Under the pieces are notes generated by a model. That model did no database searches. It saw nothing but the letters and a program-made list of their open reading frames with translations, and was not told where the DNA came from. Position numbers and translations under genes: made by a program. This document shows positions 61,720 through 64,000 of a DNA stretch of 64,000 bases, piece by piece. Positions within the stretch are counted from its first letter, which is position 1; the number at the start of each line of letters is the position of its first letter. The stretch comes from an uncultured Alphaproteobacteria bacterium (GTDB lineage: Bacteria; Pseudomonadota; Alphaproteobacteria; Rhizobiales; Xanthobacteraceae), in contig CAVQIP010000072.1 of assembly GCA_963712565.1 (NCBI GenBank), forward strand, positions 245-64,244, given 5' to 3'.

Positions 61720-62273
61720 CGTCGATACCTCTCGTTGAAAGTCTCATCGCTGATCCGGATCGCTGCCTCGTCGCCAGCTGCCGTAATCACGGTTTTCACG
61801 CTAGATTTAATGCGCTTCGACCCGATCGTCGATAGAAGAATGAAATAAATATGCCGGTTCTGAAAAATATTTCGGTAAAACGACTAGTTCTAGCATGTTT
61901 TCCAACTTATATTTACCCTGGCGTTTTTAATGATGACCGCTTAGACGATGTTGCAGATCTTCTTTTGAGAGATTGAGTGACGAACGTGGTTCCAGCGCAG
62001 AAGGCTGCAAGCAACGGGCTTGGCCAGGTAAATGACAGCCCGTTCGAGATGCGCGGGGTGAAGGACACCCGATAGGCCCGCAGACGTCGCGGCCAGCTTT
62101 GCTTCCGGCCCGCTCGGAGCGGCGACCCGGCAACGAATGTGCGAGCTCGCGTGACGGCATTCATGCCGGAGCCAGGTAAAGCCCGACGAATGCATGGACT
62201 TCCGACGCGGCGTTCGACCAATCCGCGTCTTGCGATGAATGCGTGCGAATACCAACCGAAGGAGAATGGTGAC

Positions 62274-62531
62274 ATGGCGGCACGACAAAAGACCATAACA
62301 ATGGTGCCCGATGCGGACGAACCTGTGCTGGCGGTGGTCGGGCAGGGCAAGCGGCCGGAAAGCGGCCAATTCCGGCTGCAAGTGGATCGGCAAACAAAAG
62401 CGTCGTACCTGACGTATGAGGCCGCCGAACAGGCGGGCTTGGCAATCAAGCAGGGACACCCGATCCTTCAGGTGGCGGTTTATGACGCTGTCGGAGGGGT
62501 CAACAAAATTCTCGAGCTACCGAAGACTTGA
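62274..62531 (+). CDS. Small hypothetical protein
   Basis: ORF 62139..62531 trimmed to the ATG at 62274, preceded by AAGGAGA. The product is an 85-aa hydrophilic protein (MAARQKTITMVPDADEP...). No family is recognised. Confidence 0.55.
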   Translation: MAARQKTITMVPDADEPVLAVVGQGKRPESGQFRLQVDRQTKASYLTYEAAEQAGLAIKQGHPILQVAVYDAVGGVNKILELPKT

Positions 62532-62572
62532 TGTGCGCTCACGAACTTCCTGCCGTTTCGCGGTACGCCAGC

Positions 62573-62884
62573 TCATAGGTTGAAGCGCCGCCGGGCCGTT
62601 TCGCAGGCATCGTCTCCGGGCTGGCAAGCTCTGCAGACGTCAGGCCTCACGGCGTAGACCGCGCAGGACGTCGATACCCCGACTTCTCCCACAAGCGCTG
62701 CGCAGCGATTGCCCTCGCAGCGCATCCGCCCCTGCTCGCCATCGACGAACGCGGGCGGGATGCGATCGAGCGCGGCGTCATCCTCCAAGGAGAACCGCGG
62801 CCACTCGGGCGAAAATGCGCAGCACGCCCCGCAGGCCCGGCACACGGCCTGCGCTTCGTTGGCGGGCGGCCGGGTCCGGTTCAC
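62573..62884 (-). CDS. YkgJ-family cysteine-cluster protein (CxxCxxCC, putative Fe-S/zinc protein)
   Basis: N-terminal CRACGACC and a C-terminal Cys set (C..C..VCRAC..C) are characteristic of PF03692 proteins. Its start overlaps the upstream gene's stop by 4 nt. Confidence 0.75.
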   Translation of the reverse strand: MNRTRPPANEAQAVCRACGACCAFSPEWPRFSLEDDAALDRIPPAFVDGEQGRMRCEGNRCAALVGEVGVSTSCAVYAVRPDVCRACQPGDDACETARRRFNL

Positions 62885-63153
62885 TGTTTCGACTTCGACC
62901 GCGACAAACGCCGTTCGTTTGCCCTGACGTGGGTGCGGTATCTGCGAATGACGGTCCGCGCCGAGCCGCCAGCGGCGAGTGTCGACGCCGCTTCAGCCAA
63001 GGCTGCCGTCTTCTCCGTCACCATGCGCTGTGCCTCGGCCCGAGCTGGCGGTCCGCCGACCGCTATCTTCATCAGCCTGAGGCCCACCACCCGTTGCACG
63101 GCGAGGCCGACCAGCGCCGCATCCAATGTCCATTCAACCCAGGCTTTGAACAT
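62881..63153 (-). CDS. Small hypothetical protein (helical, Ala-rich)
   Basis: A 90-aa ORF translationally coupled to the YkgJ-like gene. The segment GLRLMKIAVGGPPARAEAQRMVTEKTAALAEAASTLAAGGSA is of a type common in Rhizobiales hypotheticals. The SD is weak. Confidence 0.5.
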   Translation of the reverse strand: MFKAWVEWTLDAALVGLAVQRVVGLRLMKIAVGGPPARAEAQRMVTEKTAALAEAASTLAAGGSARTVIRRYRTHVRANERRLSRSKSKQ

Positions 63154-63421
63154 CCTGTTGTCCGATCGAGAAATTCGCGAGGACCCACACTACCTCGACA
63201 GGGTTCGTGCGCTACCGCGGCAATGCGGCCCGATGAACCGCTCATCGGCCAGGCGCGTCGGCCTGCGGCGGGCCGGCGAGACGGGTTGCGGTGCCCGGAG
63301 CGATACCCATCGTGGTCTGGAAGCCGCCCCATGAGTCATTGCGGGCGAGATGGAGTAGCTCATCGGGGAAATATGTGTTCGCCGGCCTCCGAATGCCAGC
63401 ACCTATCCGCGCGCGCCCTTT

Positions 63422-64000
63422 TCAACCCGATCCACTCACGATCGCCCTCTCCGATCGCCCGGGCGCGTGCGACATGAGCTCATCTGCAACGACCGACCTC
63501 GCACTGGCCGGCCAGCGCGACAGCGCTGCCGTACCCTCGCGAGTCAGGGCGTAGCGGCCGCGCTCGACGCGGAAAAACCAGCCGTACACGTTGCGCAGAA
63601 GTATCTTCGGCGCATCCGGCACGATGGTCTTGATCTCGGATGTGCACCGAGGGCCATCGGACAGTGAAGCCGCGCACGCAAGCGCCTGCTGGCGATAGGC
63701 GGTCATGATCGGCGACTTGCATGTCCCACCGAGCACCGGATCGCCAAGGCGCCGCCGATGTTCATCGACGAGGCGGGACCGGCGTTTTGGATCACGGCGC
63801 GGGCGCCAGGGCCCCGGCTCGACCAACACCTCGACCCGGCCCCTCGCCGACACGCCGAGAAGCCCGAAACCCAGGAACCGGCAAAGTTTGCGCACGCGCG
63901 GGTCGCGCTCGCGGCCGCCGCGCCCCGAAACGCGGACCGCAAGCCAGATTTCGTCGCAAGCCGCGGTCCGATTGATCCCCTGCAGCACGAGCTCGAGGTT
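63422..64000 (-). CDS. DUF2161-like protein (partial; the N-terminus lies beyond the window end)
   Basis: The frame stays open to the window edge (…NLELVLQGINRTAACDEIWLAV…). The LVLQGI-R block and overall pattern recall DUF2161 proteins. The stop is at 63422-63424. Confidence 0.55.
   Translation of the reverse strand, partial: NLELVLQGINRTAACDEIWLAVRVSGRGGRERDPRVRKLCRFLGFGLLGVSARGRVEVLVEPGPWRPRRDPKRRSRLVDEHRRRLGDPVLGGTCKSPIMTAYRQQALACAASLSDGPRCTSEIKTIVPDAPKILLRNVYGWFFRVERGRYALTREGTAALSRWPASARSVVADELMSHAPGRSERAIVSGSG

Noticed and set aside
61851-61976. A 41-codon ORF in the AT-rich island, considered as a small protein or toxin gene
   Set aside because: There is no convincing ribosome-binding site and the composition is not distinguishable from non-coding AT-rich DNA. 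It is mentioned in a finding but not called as a feature.
1-64000. tRNA, rRNA, tmRNA, transposase, integrase, phage or toxin-antitoxin genes
   Set aside because: I scanned the intergenic gaps for T-loop-like GGTTCGAATCC motifs and the ORF track for DDE, tyrosine-recombinase or typical TA signatures. Nothing supportable was found.

Overview
GC-rich, alphaproteobacterial-type chromosomal segment. It looks Bradyrhizobiaceae/Nitrobacteraceae-like from its repeat content and its expansion of TctC/Bug binding proteins, but that placement is inference only. The window is almost entirely transport and catabolic genes. It holds eight orphan TctC/Bug periplasmic binding proteins and a NitT/TauT-type ABC system interleaved with three of them. 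It also holds an Fe3+/polyamine-type ABC operon with three tandem binding-protein paralogues fused to MmgE/PrpD, SDR, ALDH, crotonase and CaiB genes. Other content includes a LIV-type ABC operon, GctAB-like CoA-transferase with two Gfo/Idh/MocA oxidoreductases, two molybdoenzymes (IorAB-like and an orphan CoxL-like subunit) and an aromatic-acid-like catabolic block. I found no rRNA, tRNA, CRISPR array, transposase or integrase gene, and no recognisable DNA-binding transcription factor. Nearly every longer intergenic gap is filled by REP-like palindromic elements of at least five families, some nested inside one another. The most unusual items are listed here. (1) Two paralogous LVIVD-type beta-propeller proteins: one has a sigma-70 region-3-like insert and the other a histone-H1-like Lys/Ala tail. 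(2) A tandemly duplicated 161-bp double-hairpin element bounded by CTAG that supplies a gene's stop codon. (3) A small secreted protein with a duplicated C-x3-C-x6-C-x3-C module. (4) An orphan intrinsic terminator preceded by a CCUCC motif between divergent genes, which could be an sRNA or a leader attenuator. (5) Adjacent frameshifted COG0523 and 2Fe-2S subunit genes. All family assignments come from motif recognition by eye, and no database search was run.
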